From positions 918,508 to 982,507 of the forward strand of contig OY970314.1 of NCBI GenBank assembly GCA_963716475.1: a stretch of 64,000 nucleotides of DNA, in the 5' to 3' direction. Origin of the DNA: Candidatus Woesebacteria bacterium. GTDB taxonomy: Bacteria; Patescibacteriota; Microgenomatia; UBA8517. The position numbers and the translations under genes were made by a program. How positions within the stretch are numbered: the first letter of the stretch is position 1; each line of letters opens with the position of its first letter. Below, piece by piece: positions 37,777 to 46,710 of the stretch. Below the pieces are notes generated by a model. The model was not told the origin of the DNA and ran no database searches. It was given only the letters and a program-made list of their open reading frames with translations.

Positions 37777-38489
37777 GCTTTGTTATTAGGAACAACTCTA
37801 TAAAGGGCAGACCCGGTTGTCCAATATCCGGGAAATGTTTCAAAAACCGATTTGGCGTAAAGGTCATCAGTTGACTCATTCGCTTCGGATATCCTGATGA
37901 TAGTAGCTCCGGAATCTTCACCAAACTTGGCGACATGCGGAGCCATAATTGTAAAGATTTGATCGGAGAATCCCTCTTTTGATGCTAAAGTGTATGAGGT
38001 GCTGAGGATATCCTTAAGAATTTCCAGACGCGTTTGTTTTGGGAGTAGGGGGTTGATTGTAAGTGAAGCGATTGAACCAACCATGGCATCAGTCGGCCAG
38101 GAATGATTTTTAGTTAATACCATAGCCTCAATGGGTAAATTTTCTCCTGGTTTATACATACCCCATTCAAGTTTAAAAAAACCTGCCAAATTTTTGTAAT
38201 TCCTCAATTCAGGTTCAATCTTTTTCAAATGTTCAGTTGCCGGAGATTTAAAAAGACGCTCGGCATCTCCCGTTGCGGTAATGTAGACATTTTTTTTGTC
38301 GGACTCTTGATACAGTTTGGATAGTAGGCTTGACTCACGGGGAGCAACCGGTTGTGGAATTCCATTATTAGTATAAGTGGAGTAGACAAGTTCCTGCAAC
38401 CTCTCCGATGAAGGGGTTAAACTTGCGAATTCGTCCGAAGACAAAATTTTAACCTCAAATTTTGACGGTTGAAGCGACTCCGGTGACAT
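37773..38489 (-). CDS. Hypothetical protein, co-operonic with the nitroreductase-like gene (4-nt overlap)
   Basis: ORF only. Confidence 0.45.
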   Translation of the reverse strand: MSPESLQPSKFEVKILSSDEFASLTPSSERLQELVYSTYTNNGIPQPVAPRESSLLSKLYQESDKKNVYITATGDAERLFKSPATEHLKKIEPELRNYKNLAGFFKLEWGMYKPGENLPIEAMVLTKNHSWPTDAMVGSIASLTINPLLPKQTRLEILKDILSTSYTLASKEGFSDQIFTIMAPHVAKFGEDSGATIIRISEANESTDDLYAKSVFETFPGYWTTGSALYRVVPNNKA

Positions 38490-38584
38490 ACGTAATAGAA
38501 TATCATTTAACTGTTATTGCACAAGTGGGGGATCAAGCACTTTATTTATATTTATTCCGCCTTCTTTGGATGTTACAATGAGAT

Positions 38585-40279
38585 ATGCCCCTGACTGAAA
38601 ATCAGATAATTAGTTTAGTTAAAAAAAGCGGCCTGCTTCTCTTGGATGAAAGTACGATTGCCAAAGCCGAGGCCTATGCTGCCAACACGAAAACAACAAG
38701 TCTCCTGACATCTCTCATAGAATGCGGAGCCGTTACCGAAGATCAACTTTCAGCCGTAATAGCCGGATATTACAAGGTCCCCTATATAACTCTATCGAAA
38801 GTTTCCATACCTGAAGATGTTGCCCATATAATTCCGGAAAGAGTAGCCAGAAAACAGAAGGCAATAGCTTTTGCCCGAGATGAGACGGGGGTAAAAGTTG
38901 CCATGAATGATCCTACCAACCAGACAATTGTCTCCCTAGTTTCCCGGAAAACCGGGATGAAAGTGACGGTTTACTATGCGGGCAGCTCAGACATAGAGGG
39001 AACGATTCAACTTTATAAAAAGGCACTTCAAAAAACTATCGACGAGCTTCTTAAAGAGTATGTAAAACAGGCAACACTTTATCAGGGAGACTTACCCATA
39101 ATTAAAGTAGTTGATGTTCTTGTAAACACCGCCTATCAGGACAGAGCCAGCGATATTCATATCGAACCTGAAGAAAAAACTTCCCTAATCCGTTTTAGAA
39201 TAGACGGGGTTTTGCAAGATGTCCTCAGGGTTCCGAAGGAGATTCACGACAGGGTAATTTCGAGAATAAAAGTTTTATCAAACCTTAGGACGGATGAGCA
39301 TCTTAGTGCCCAGGACGGCAAAATGGTTGAGAAACTGGAGGAGGAGAATTTGGATATCCGTGTCTCAATTATTCCGGTAACCGAGGGAGAAAAAGCCGTT
39401 TTAAGACTTCTTTCGGGACACTCCCGGGAATATACACTAAGTGATCTGGGGATGAATCCCGGCGATTTGCAAAAAGTTACAAATGCATTCAACAGGAGCT
39501 ATGGGATGATTCTTTCAACCGGACCGACCGGGAGTGGAAAAACTACGTCAATTTATGCGATTTTAAAAATTTTAAATACCCGTGAGAAAAACATCATGAC
39601 TATTGAGGATCCTGTAGAATACAGAATTCTTGGGGCGAACCAGGTGCAGGTTAATGCCAAGACGAATTTAACTTTTGCCAATGGGCTACGGTCAATTCTG
39701 AGGCAAGACCCGAATGTTATTTTTGTCGGTGAGATCAGGGACAGCGAAACTGCCGGAATTGCAGTCAATGCAGCCCTAACGGGGCATCTTGTACTGTCTA
39801 CCCTGCATACGAATGACGCAGCAACGGCAATTCCGCGTTTAACTGATATGAAAGTTGAGCCGTTTCTCGTCGCCTCGACGGTGAACATAATTATTGCTCA
39901 AAGATTAGTAAGGCAGATATGTTCTTCCTGTAAGGTTGAGGAAAAAATAACTATTTCCGAGATCAAAAAGCACTTTCCGCAAAATCTTGTTCAGAAATAT
40001 TTTGGTACGACAGGTGAGGTAACAATTCATAAAGGAAAAGGGTGTAAGATCTGTAGGCAAACAGGATATTTGGGCCGGGTCGGACTTTTTGAAGTTTTGG
40101 AAGTGACCAAAAATATAAGGAAACTATTGTCAGAGAAAGTTGACTCGGATATCATTGCCCAGGCGGCTATTCAAGAGGGGATGCAGACGATGCTTGAAGA
40201 CGGTTTGGAAAAGATAACCACAGGGTTAACCACGGTCGAAGAGGTTATCAGAGTGACAAAGGTAGAGACTTTACAATAG
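38585..40279 (+). CDS. pilB: Type IV pilus assembly ATPase PilB (GspE family)
   Basis: GspE_N region, Walker A GPTGSGKTT, Asp/His boxes, and a tetracysteine motif. Confidence 0.85.
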   Translation: MPLTENQIISLVKKSGLLLLDESTIAKAEAYAANTKTTSLLTSLIECGAVTEDQLSAVIAGYYKVPYITLSKVSIPEDVAHIIPERVARKQKAIAFARDETGVKVAMNDPTNQTIVSLVSRKTGMKVTVYYAGSSDIEGTIQLYKKALQKTIDELLKEYVKQATLYQGDLPIIKVVDVLVNTAYQDRASDIHIEPEEKTSLIRFRIDGVLQDVLRVPKEIHDRVISRIKVLSNLRTDEHLSAQDGKMVEKLEEENLDIRVSIIPVTEGEKAVLRLLSGHSREYTLSDLGMNPGDLQKVTNAFNRSYGMILSTGPTGSGKTTSIYAILKILNTREKNIMTIEDPVEYRILGANQVQVNAKTNLTFANGLRSILRQDPNVIFVGEIRDSETAGIAVNAALTGHLVLSTLHTNDAATAIPRLTDMKVEPFLVASTVNIIIAQRLVRQICSSCKVEEKITISEIKKHFPQNLVQKYFGTTGEVTIHKGKGCKICRQTGYLGRVGLFEVLEVTKNIRKLLSEKVDSDIIAQAAIQEGMQTMLEDGLEKITTGLTTVEEVIRVTKVETLQ

Positions 40280-40280
40280 T

Positions 40281-41342
40281 ATGAAGGATAAGAATAAAGG
40301 AATAAGGCTAAGTAGCAGTGAAAAGATTGCTTTAATCAGCAATTTAAGCACAATGCTTACGGCAGGGATTCCAATTCTGGACGCCGTAAGTAATCTTTTG
40401 GAGGATGCCAAGGGAAATCAGAAAAAGATACTGGATACTCTCAGCGACGATCTGACACAGGGGCACCAGGTAAATTACACCCTGGCACGGTTTCCCAATG
40501 TATTTGATAAAGTCACGGTAAATGTCGTCCGGGCCTCAGAAACTGCAGGGACACTGGATGTTATCTTGAAGGATCTAAGAGAGAATTTAAGAAAACAAAA
40601 TGAATTTAGTGACAAGATAAAATCTGCGCTTCTTTATCCGATATTTATCATTTCGGTTTTCATTTTGGTGCTTCTCATTAATTTAATCTTTGTTATACCA
40701 AAAGTCGCCCAGGTATTTAAGAGTCTTAGAGTTCCGCTTCCACTACCCACAAAGATACTGATATTTGCTTCCGATCTGATGGTTAAAAATACTATTCCTT
40801 TCCTTTTTGGCGTAGGAGCAATAGTTCTGGTTCTAATTTATTTATTTACCCAAAAGAGGTCGATGATTTTAAATGTGTTTTATTCTCTTCCTGTGGTTTC
40901 AGACACAATCAAACTAATTGACGTGACTCAGTTTTCCAGAAGCCTCTATCTTCTTATTAACTCCGGAATCTCGATAGTTTCAGCCTTGGAATTAACGGAG
41001 GATATAGCCATGCGCCGCCAAACAAAGCAGGTCATAGAGACCTCCAAAAATATGATATTGGGAGGAAAAACTTTTTCGGAAGGCCTCCGAACAGGGAAGG
41101 GCTATTTCCCGATACTTATGATAAAACTTGTGGAAACCGGAGAGAAAACCGGGACTCTCGATAAGTCTCTCAATGATATTGCCGAATATTTTGACTACGA
41201 AGTGACGAATAAATTAAAGACTCTGACTGCTCTTTTGGAACCGATCATGCTTGTTGTAGTCGGGATATGTGTAGGGGGGATGATGATTGCAATAATTGCA
41301 CCAATATATTCCCTGATTAGCCAAGTGGGAACTGTTCACTAA
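40281..41342 (+). CDS. pilC: Type IV pilus platform protein PilC (GspF family)
   Basis: Two T2SS_F repeats and three TM segments. Confidence 0.8.
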   Translation: MKDKNKGIRLSSSEKIALISNLSTMLTAGIPILDAVSNLLEDAKGNQKKILDTLSDDLTQGHQVNYTLARFPNVFDKVTVNVVRASETAGTLDVILKDLRENLRKQNEFSDKIKSALLYPIFIISVFILVLLINLIFVIPKVAQVFKSLRVPLPLPTKILIFASDLMVKNTIPFLFGVGAIVLVLIYLFTQKRSMILNVFYSLPVVSDTIKLIDVTQFSRSLYLLINSGISIVSALELTEDIAMRRQTKQVIETSKNMILGGKTFSEGLRTGKGYFPILMIKLVETGEKTGTLDKSLNDIAEYFDYEVTNKLKTLTALLEPIMLVVVGICVGGMMIAIIAPIYSLISQVGTVH

Positions 41343-41806
41343 TGAAAAAAGGCTTCACTATTATTGAGCTACTTGTGTCCATCGGAATTCTAACGATTCT
41401 TTTTGCGCTTACTACTATTAATATAACCAGACTTCCTTCAAGCGCCTCCCAGAGCTCAAGCTATGACAGACTTATATCGGACCTGAGGGGTCAGCAAACC
41501 AAAGCCATGGCCGGATTTAATCCTGCCACAGGAGCCACGACAGGAAGTGCTTTCGGGGTATATTTTGATGCAACTACCAATAGCTACACTCTTTTTACCG
41601 GATCAAATTACTCTGCGGGTGATGCGAACAATTTCAAAGTTGATTTGGATCCAAACCTGACGTTTACAAATATAACATTTCCAAGTTCGCAGGTTGTTTT
41701 TGCGGCAGGTTCCGGAGACACGGTTAGCGGCGGCGCGTCGATAACAAATACACTTACCGGGGATGTCAAAATCCTAAAACTAAATATATATGGAGCGACA
41801 GAATAA
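41342..41806 (+). CDS. Prepilin-type minor pilin
   Basis: MKKG|FTIIELLV class III signal with Glu at +5. Confidence 0.65.
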   Translation: MKKGFTIIELLVSIGILTILFALTTINITRLPSSASQSSSYDRLISDLRGQQTKAMAGFNPATGATTGSAFGVYFDATTNSYTLFTGSNYSAGDANNFKVDLDPNLTFTNITFPSSQVVFAAGSGDTVSGGASITNTLTGDVKILKLNIYGATE

Positions 41807-43613
41807 CAAAGGACAGGTAATAGTAGAGCTCTTGGTTGCGTTTGGGCTGGCCGGGGTTCTTCTTCCGGCGCTTCTCACAGGTCTTATTGCTTCCCAAAAC
41901 GGGAAAGTGCAGCAGGAGCAAAGAATTGTGGCTGTAGGACTTCTAAGGGAAGGGGAGGAGGCGGTAAGAAGCGTCAGAGAAGCAGACTGGGCGTATATTG
42001 CCGCCTTAGACAGTACCAAAACTTATCACCCCGTTGCCGGTGCAACAAGTTGGAGCCTGCAGCTTAATTCCGAAACAATCGGGGACTTTACAAGATCAAT
42101 TAAAGTCAGCGATGTTAGCCCGACAGACCCTTCTTTAAGAAAGATTACCGTAACCGTTCACTGGAGCAGTATTTTACCGACTGATGCTACCTCTACATTT
42201 TTTCTGTCACGCTGGAAAAATTTAACAAGCGATCTTATAGCTTCGGGGACTTTAATTAATCAGGGTAATGGAGACTGGTGTACGCCCTCTCTAACACTTG
42301 GGAGCGTGGATTTGGGTAATGCAACAGCTAAATCAATTAGTGCTATTCAAGGCCGTATTGCAACAGGCACAGGAGGCGCTGCGGCTGGCTATACTTTTGC
42401 TAATGTCGACCTTACCGATCCTCCTGCACCGGCTACACCTTCAGGTACAACCACAGTTTACAATGGTCCAGATAAGACAAACGATGTATTTACTCTGCAA
42501 AATTATGCATTTATTGCGACAGATAGTCATACAAAAGATATTGATATTATAAATTTGGGTAGCACATCCGGAGGACAATATGTAGAAGCCGGCTTTTTTA
42601 ATTCCCCAAATAACGGAAGTGCTAATGCAGGTACTGTTGTTGCCAACCCGACTGTTGGTTATATGACAATCGGAAACATGCTTTATGACTTCTCGTTATC
42701 CGGTTTGCCGAACGCTTTGGTATCTCGAACTGCGGTTCATCCGGCCGGTTTACAGCTTCCGGCGCCTGCAACCAAAATGGTTATTTTAGGTAACAGACTT
42801 TATATTTCGACATCCGGCACGACTTATCAATTAGTTGTAGTAGATGCTACTACTTTAACTTTTATTTCAAAACCAACATTAACCCCAGGCAAGATCCATG
42901 TCAACGGTCTGGGAGGCAAGTCTGTTTATGTTGATCCGCTTACAGGAACGCGCGCTTATTTGGCGACAGCAAACTCAGCAACCCTTAAAGAGATGTTTAT
43001 TATTAACACTGATGAAACATCAGCGGGTTATGGACAAACTGTGGGGTCATATGATACGGGTGCGATGAACCCAACAGGTATAGTTCTTGTGAATTTGCCA
43101 ATTGTTGTTATTGTCGGAACAGGGGGAGAACAGTATCAGGTAGTTAGGGTAGACAATGAGGCCAGCCCGGTAAGATGCAACCCCAGTGGATTAAATACAG
43201 GAGATCTTAACGGTATCGCAACAGTGTTTACAGCTGCCCAGCGTGCCTATTCGTATATTATTACGGATGCCAATAACAACCAGGTTAAGATAATTGAGGG
43301 AGGACCCGGAGGAAGCGGAACCGGGGGAGGGGTAACCGTTGAATCCCCAATACTTGATGCGGGCCACACATCGACATTTAACAGAATTTCGATAACTAGC
43401 CTCACCCCTGAAGGAATAACCGCGATTTATCAGGTGGCCGTATCAACCGATTGCTTAACTTTTAACTATACGGGAAGCTACACTTCCGCGGGTGGACCAA
43501 TACCTTTAAGTATTAATCCGGGAAGGTGTTTCAGATATAAAGTAACTTTTAGCGGAGGGTCGGGTGTCGGAACAGTAGCATCGACGACGGTTAAGGTAAA
43601 TTATTCCCCGTAG
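41790..43613 (+). CDS. Large (607-aa) pilin-like protein, putative pilus tip adhesin
   Basis: Prepilin N-terminus KG|QVIVELLV with Glu at +5, followed by a roughly 550-aa beta-rich Gly/Thr-rich domain. Confidence 0.55.
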   Translation: MERQNNKGQVIVELLVAFGLAGVLLPALLTGLIASQNGKVQQEQRIVAVGLLREGEEAVRSVREADWAYIAALDSTKTYHPVAGATSWSLQLNSETIGDFTRSIKVSDVSPTDPSLRKITVTVHWSSILPTDATSTFFLSRWKNLTSDLIASGTLINQGNGDWCTPSLTLGSVDLGNATAKSISAIQGRIATGTGGAAAGYTFANVDLTDPPAPATPSGTTTVYNGPDKTNDVFTLQNYAFIATDSHTKDIDIINLGSTSGGQYVEAGFFNSPNNGSANAGTVVANPTVGYMTIGNMLYDFSLSGLPNALVSRTAVHPAGLQLPAPATKMVILGNRLYISTSGTTYQLVVVDATTLTFISKPTLTPGKIHVNGLGGKSVYVDPLTGTRAYLATANSATLKEMFIINTDETSAGYGQTVGSYDTGAMNPTGIVLVNLPIVVIVGTGGEQYQVVRVDNEASPVRCNPSGLNTGDLNGIATVFTAAQRAYSYIITDANNNQVKIIEGGPGGSGTGGGVTVESPILDAGHTSTFNRISITSLTPEGITAIYQVAVSTDCLTFNYTGSYTSAGGPIPLSINPGRCFRYKVTFSGGSGVGTVASTTVKVNYSP

Positions 43614-43634
43614 AACGGGGCAAGCACCATTGTT

Positions 43635-44084
43635 ATGAATACTAACAAATATAAACGACAAAAAGGAGTCACAATTGTTGAACTCATTGTTTATATCGGC
43701 CTTCTTTCAATTTTTATGCTTGTCCTTGTCGATGTTTTTGTGACAATTCTTAACGCCAAACTTGAGAGTGAAAGCACATCAACCTTAAACCAGGACGCGC
43801 GCTATGTTTATTCAAAAATGGCTTATGATGTTGCGAATGCAAGTTCATTTACTGTTCCAAATCCGACCACGCTTGTAATAGGGCCAAAAACTTATACTTT
43901 AAGTGGCGGCGACCTAACGCTTAATTCTATAAAACTCAACGGTCTCGATACAAAAATTGACAGTATTAATTTCACCAAGATTGGGAATACGGTAAAAACA
44001 ACTTTTACAATTGAATCTCTGGTTAAATTACAGTCTGGGGTTCAAACCAGAACTGTCGATACGACTTTCGGACTAAGACCATGA
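43635..44084 (+). CDS. Prepilin-type minor pilin
   Basis: KG|VTIVELIVYIGLL. Confidence 0.6.
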   Translation: MNTNKYKRQKGVTIVELIVYIGLLSIFMLVLVDVFVTILNAKLESESTSTLNQDARYVYSKMAYDVANASSFTVPNPTTLVIGPKTYTLSGGDLTLNSIKLNGLDTKIDSINFTKIGNTVKTTFTIESLVKLQSGVQTRTVDTTFGLRP

Positions 44085-44494
44085 AAAATAAAAATCTTTC
44101 AGCGAGCTCAGGACAGGCCCTTATAATGCTGCTATTTTTTGTCATGATCGGAATTACGATTACGACCACCGCAATTATTATCATCGCGGGCAATTCTTTG
44201 GCGGCAAACGATGTTCAGCAGGAGGAAATAACACGTGAGATGGCGGAAACAGGGGCAGAAAAGGGGATTCTTCAGGTTTTGAGGAACGGGAACACATATT
44301 CCGGTGAAACCCTGACAAATGCAAATATTTCCAATTGGGAAAGCGGATGGAATGTTGTAATTACGGTAAGTGGAACCACCACACTGACCATCGATTCGAA
44401 AGCTACAGCCGGTAACTATGTTAAAAAAGTTGAAGTTACTGCCGGATATGTTGATAATGAATTAACGTTAAATACATGGAAGGAGATAAATTAA
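44081..44494 (+). CDS. PilX/pseudopilin-like membrane-anchored protein
   Basis: SG|QALIMLLFFVMIG hydrophobic N-terminus without Glu at +5. Confidence 0.4.
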   Translation: MKNKNLSASSGQALIMLLFFVMIGITITTTAIIIIAGNSLAANDVQQEEITREMAETGAEKGILQVLRNGNTYSGETLTNANISNWESGWNVVITVSGTTTLTIDSKATAGNYVKKVEVTAGYVDNELTLNTWKEIN

Positions 44495-45157
44495 ATGGCT
44501 GATGGAGGACGGGAGGCGTTAATATTTTTAGATAAGAACCGTGTTTTTGTCTATGACGGCAATGGGATTTTAAGGCTTGATATTCCGGAAACCGTAATCA
44601 GGGACGTTGATATTATTGATAAAAGCGGATTTGACAGCTTGGTTGACAGCTTTATAAAGACCAGAAAACTGGCTCCGAGTCAGGTTTGGCTGGTTTTGGC
44701 AGACGGAATATGTTTTAGTAAAGATATCGTCGAAACCGATCCTTTGAAAATTGAGGGTGACGTTAAAGATTTTCTTGAGGCTGTTCCTTTTGATAAGGTT
44801 ATATCAAAAAGATACAGATCAGGAACGGGGATCAGGGTAATAGCTACTAATTTGGAATATATTGAAGCTCTGGTAGAGATTTTTGATAAAGACGGGTTTG
44901 TGACGGAGGGGATCGTGCCGGGCGCGATGTTTCCGGGATTTGCCACCAGAAAAGTCCTAGACGCAGATTTTGCCAGGTATATTCTTGGAAACAAAAGCCT
45001 GATGAGGACTGGCAACATGCTTACAAAAATTGCCTTACCGGTTAGTACTCCCGAAGCCCCGGAGGCTCATAAAAAGAGCAAGCTTTTGCCATACCTTATT
45101 GGCGGATTTACAATACTTCTTATTATTCTGGTTGTGGTGATCATGAGGGGAAAGTAA
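44495..45157 (+). CDS. Pilus assembly protein, PilM-like N-terminal domain with a C-terminal TM anchor
   Basis: Position within the pilus operon, a C-terminal TM, and weak PilM-like N-terminal pattern. Confidence 0.3.
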   Translation: MADGGREALIFLDKNRVFVYDGNGILRLDIPETVIRDVDIIDKSGFDSLVDSFIKTRKLAPSQVWLVLADGICFSKDIVETDPLKIEGDVKDFLEAVPFDKVISKRYRSGTGIRVIATNLEYIEALVEIFDKDGFVTEGIVPGAMFPGFATRKVLDADFARYILGNKSLMRTGNMLTKIALPVSTPEAPEAHKKSKLLPYLIGGFTILLIILVVVIMRGK

Positions 45158-45213
45158 AGTTGATCCGGAAAATACCACTTGACATGATATTTGTAATGCT
45201 CTAACTTAGATTA

Positions 45214-45684
45214 ATGCCTAAGAAATACTCCGGTTTTACATTAATAGAACTTCTGGTAGTTATCGGAATCTTGGGTATTCTTCTTGCGATTGTCCTTATT
45301 GCCATTAACCCGGCCAGGCAGTTTGCCCAAGCGAATAACACGGCCAGGAGAAGTGATGTTACAACCCTTCTTAACGCGATTCATCAATATGCCGCTGATA
45401 ATAAAGGTAATTTGCCGACCCACATGCCGAAAGCGGCAGACGGCGTAGTAGCGATCGCGACCGGTGGCACAGCGAGCGTTGGCGACATTTGTAAGGACAT
45501 TTCTCCCACCTATGTTTCTGCGCTACCCACTGATCCGTCGTTGAATACTTCGGCCGTTACTGATTGTACTACTTATGCGACCGGGTATAGTGTGGCAGTA
45601 GATTCGGCCGGAAGAGTGACTGTATCTGCTCCGTCTGCCGAAAAGATTGGAGACACAACTCCGGTAATCTCGGTAACAAGGTAA
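45214..45684 (+). CDS. pilA: Major type IV pilin
   Basis: SG|FTLIELLVVIGILGIL canonical prepilin N-terminus, followed by a strong terminator. Confidence 0.8.
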   Translation: MPKKYSGFTLIELLVVIGILGILLAIVLIAINPARQFAQANNTARRSDVTTLLNAIHQYAADNKGNLPTHMPKAADGVVAIATGGTASVGDICKDISPTYVSALPTDPSLNTSAVTDCTTYATGYSVAVDSAGRVTVSAPSAEKIGDTTPVISVTR

Positions 45685-45698
45685 TAAAGTATTGAGGC

Positions 45699-45723
45699 AA
45701 GCCGCCGAGAGGCGGTTTTTTTA
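45699..45723 (+). terminator. Rho-independent terminator after pilA
   Basis: Stem gccgcc-gaga-ggcggt followed by T8. Confidence 0.7.
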
Positions 45724-45759
45724 TGGTCTAAAAAAGGTTTTCCGTCGGCCTATTTATAC

Positions 45760-46090
45760 CACCACTTGGACAAGCAAGAAATAGACATATTACCTTTGCT
45801 TACCTAAGAAACCATTTCAATACTTCTTTGCTTCTCCAAAGAAGTATTGGGAAGAAAGGAGCCCCCGATTGTCCTTACCAATAATTTCTTAACGTGATTT
45901 GTTGAGGAATGATTACCTTCCGGAATTCACCTTCGACTCCGCTCAGATTCAGTTCCGGCTTTCCTTCCAACAAATCACTAAAGTTATTAGGAGCGGACAA
46001 AAGGGGCTTGTGGGAATAAAAACGTAACCAACTTCGTTGTCAAATTCTTTAAGGCGTTTGAGGCGAATACTAAAGATTTCCAAGGTCTTG
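45760..46090. repeat. Structured intergenic repeat, type 2 copy
   Basis: Shares long collinear blocks with 63280-63700 (hairpin caatacttctttgcttctccaaagaagtattg, attaggagcggacaaaagggg, aacgtaaccaacttcgttgtcaaattctttaaggcgtt). Confidence 0.75.
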
Positions 46091-46098
46091 GTGTTTTA

Positions 46099-46665
46099 CT
46101 ACAGAGCCTTTCTCCGGGGACGGTAGGGCTTAAAGATTAAAGACTCAATTGCTTTATAAGCAATGATTGCAGCCGACCCCCAAACGTTAAATGACTTATT
46201 TACGCCAAACATCGGAAGTTCAACGATTGTGTCGGCAATATCCAGAACCTCTTTACTTATCCCATCGGTTTCATTGCCGATAACAATTGCCATGGGGAAT
46301 CTTGCATGCATACCAAGGAGAGAAAAGGGGATAGACCGCGGATCTTGTTCAACACAAACGATTTGAACCCCTTCTGATTTTAGCTTTTTAACTATCGAGA
46401 CGGTCAAATCTACCTTTTCCCAGGGAACCCACTCCTCGGTGCCTACTGCGGCCTTGTGGATACGGCTACCTGGGGGATACTCCGTATCGCCGCAGATATA
46501 CAGCTTTTCGGCGGCAATAGCATCCGCAAGTCTAAATAGGGAACCGATATTATACGTATCGATAACACAATCCAAAACCAGGTAGATCGGATTTCTTTTG
46601 ATTGTGCCGAAAGACTCAGGGGTAGGACGGGTATGCCTTAAGTCTTTAGCTCCTAGTTTAACCAT
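46099..46665 (-). CDS. SpoU/TrmH-family RNA 2'-O-methyltransferase
   Basis: NIGSLFRLADA and GNETDGIS motifs. Confidence 0.8.
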   Translation of the reverse strand: MVKLGAKDLRHTRPTPESFGTIKRNPIYLVLDCVIDTYNIGSLFRLADAIAAEKLYICGDTEYPPGSRIHKAAVGTEEWVPWEKVDLTVSIVKKLKSEGVQIVCVEQDPRSIPFSLLGMHARFPMAIVIGNETDGISKEVLDIADTIVELPMFGVNKSFNVWGSAAIIAYKAIESLIFKPYRPRRKAL

Positions 46666-46710
46666 ACTGCAATTATATCTGATTTTCTGAAATTTTGACT
46701 TTGGGGGGGT

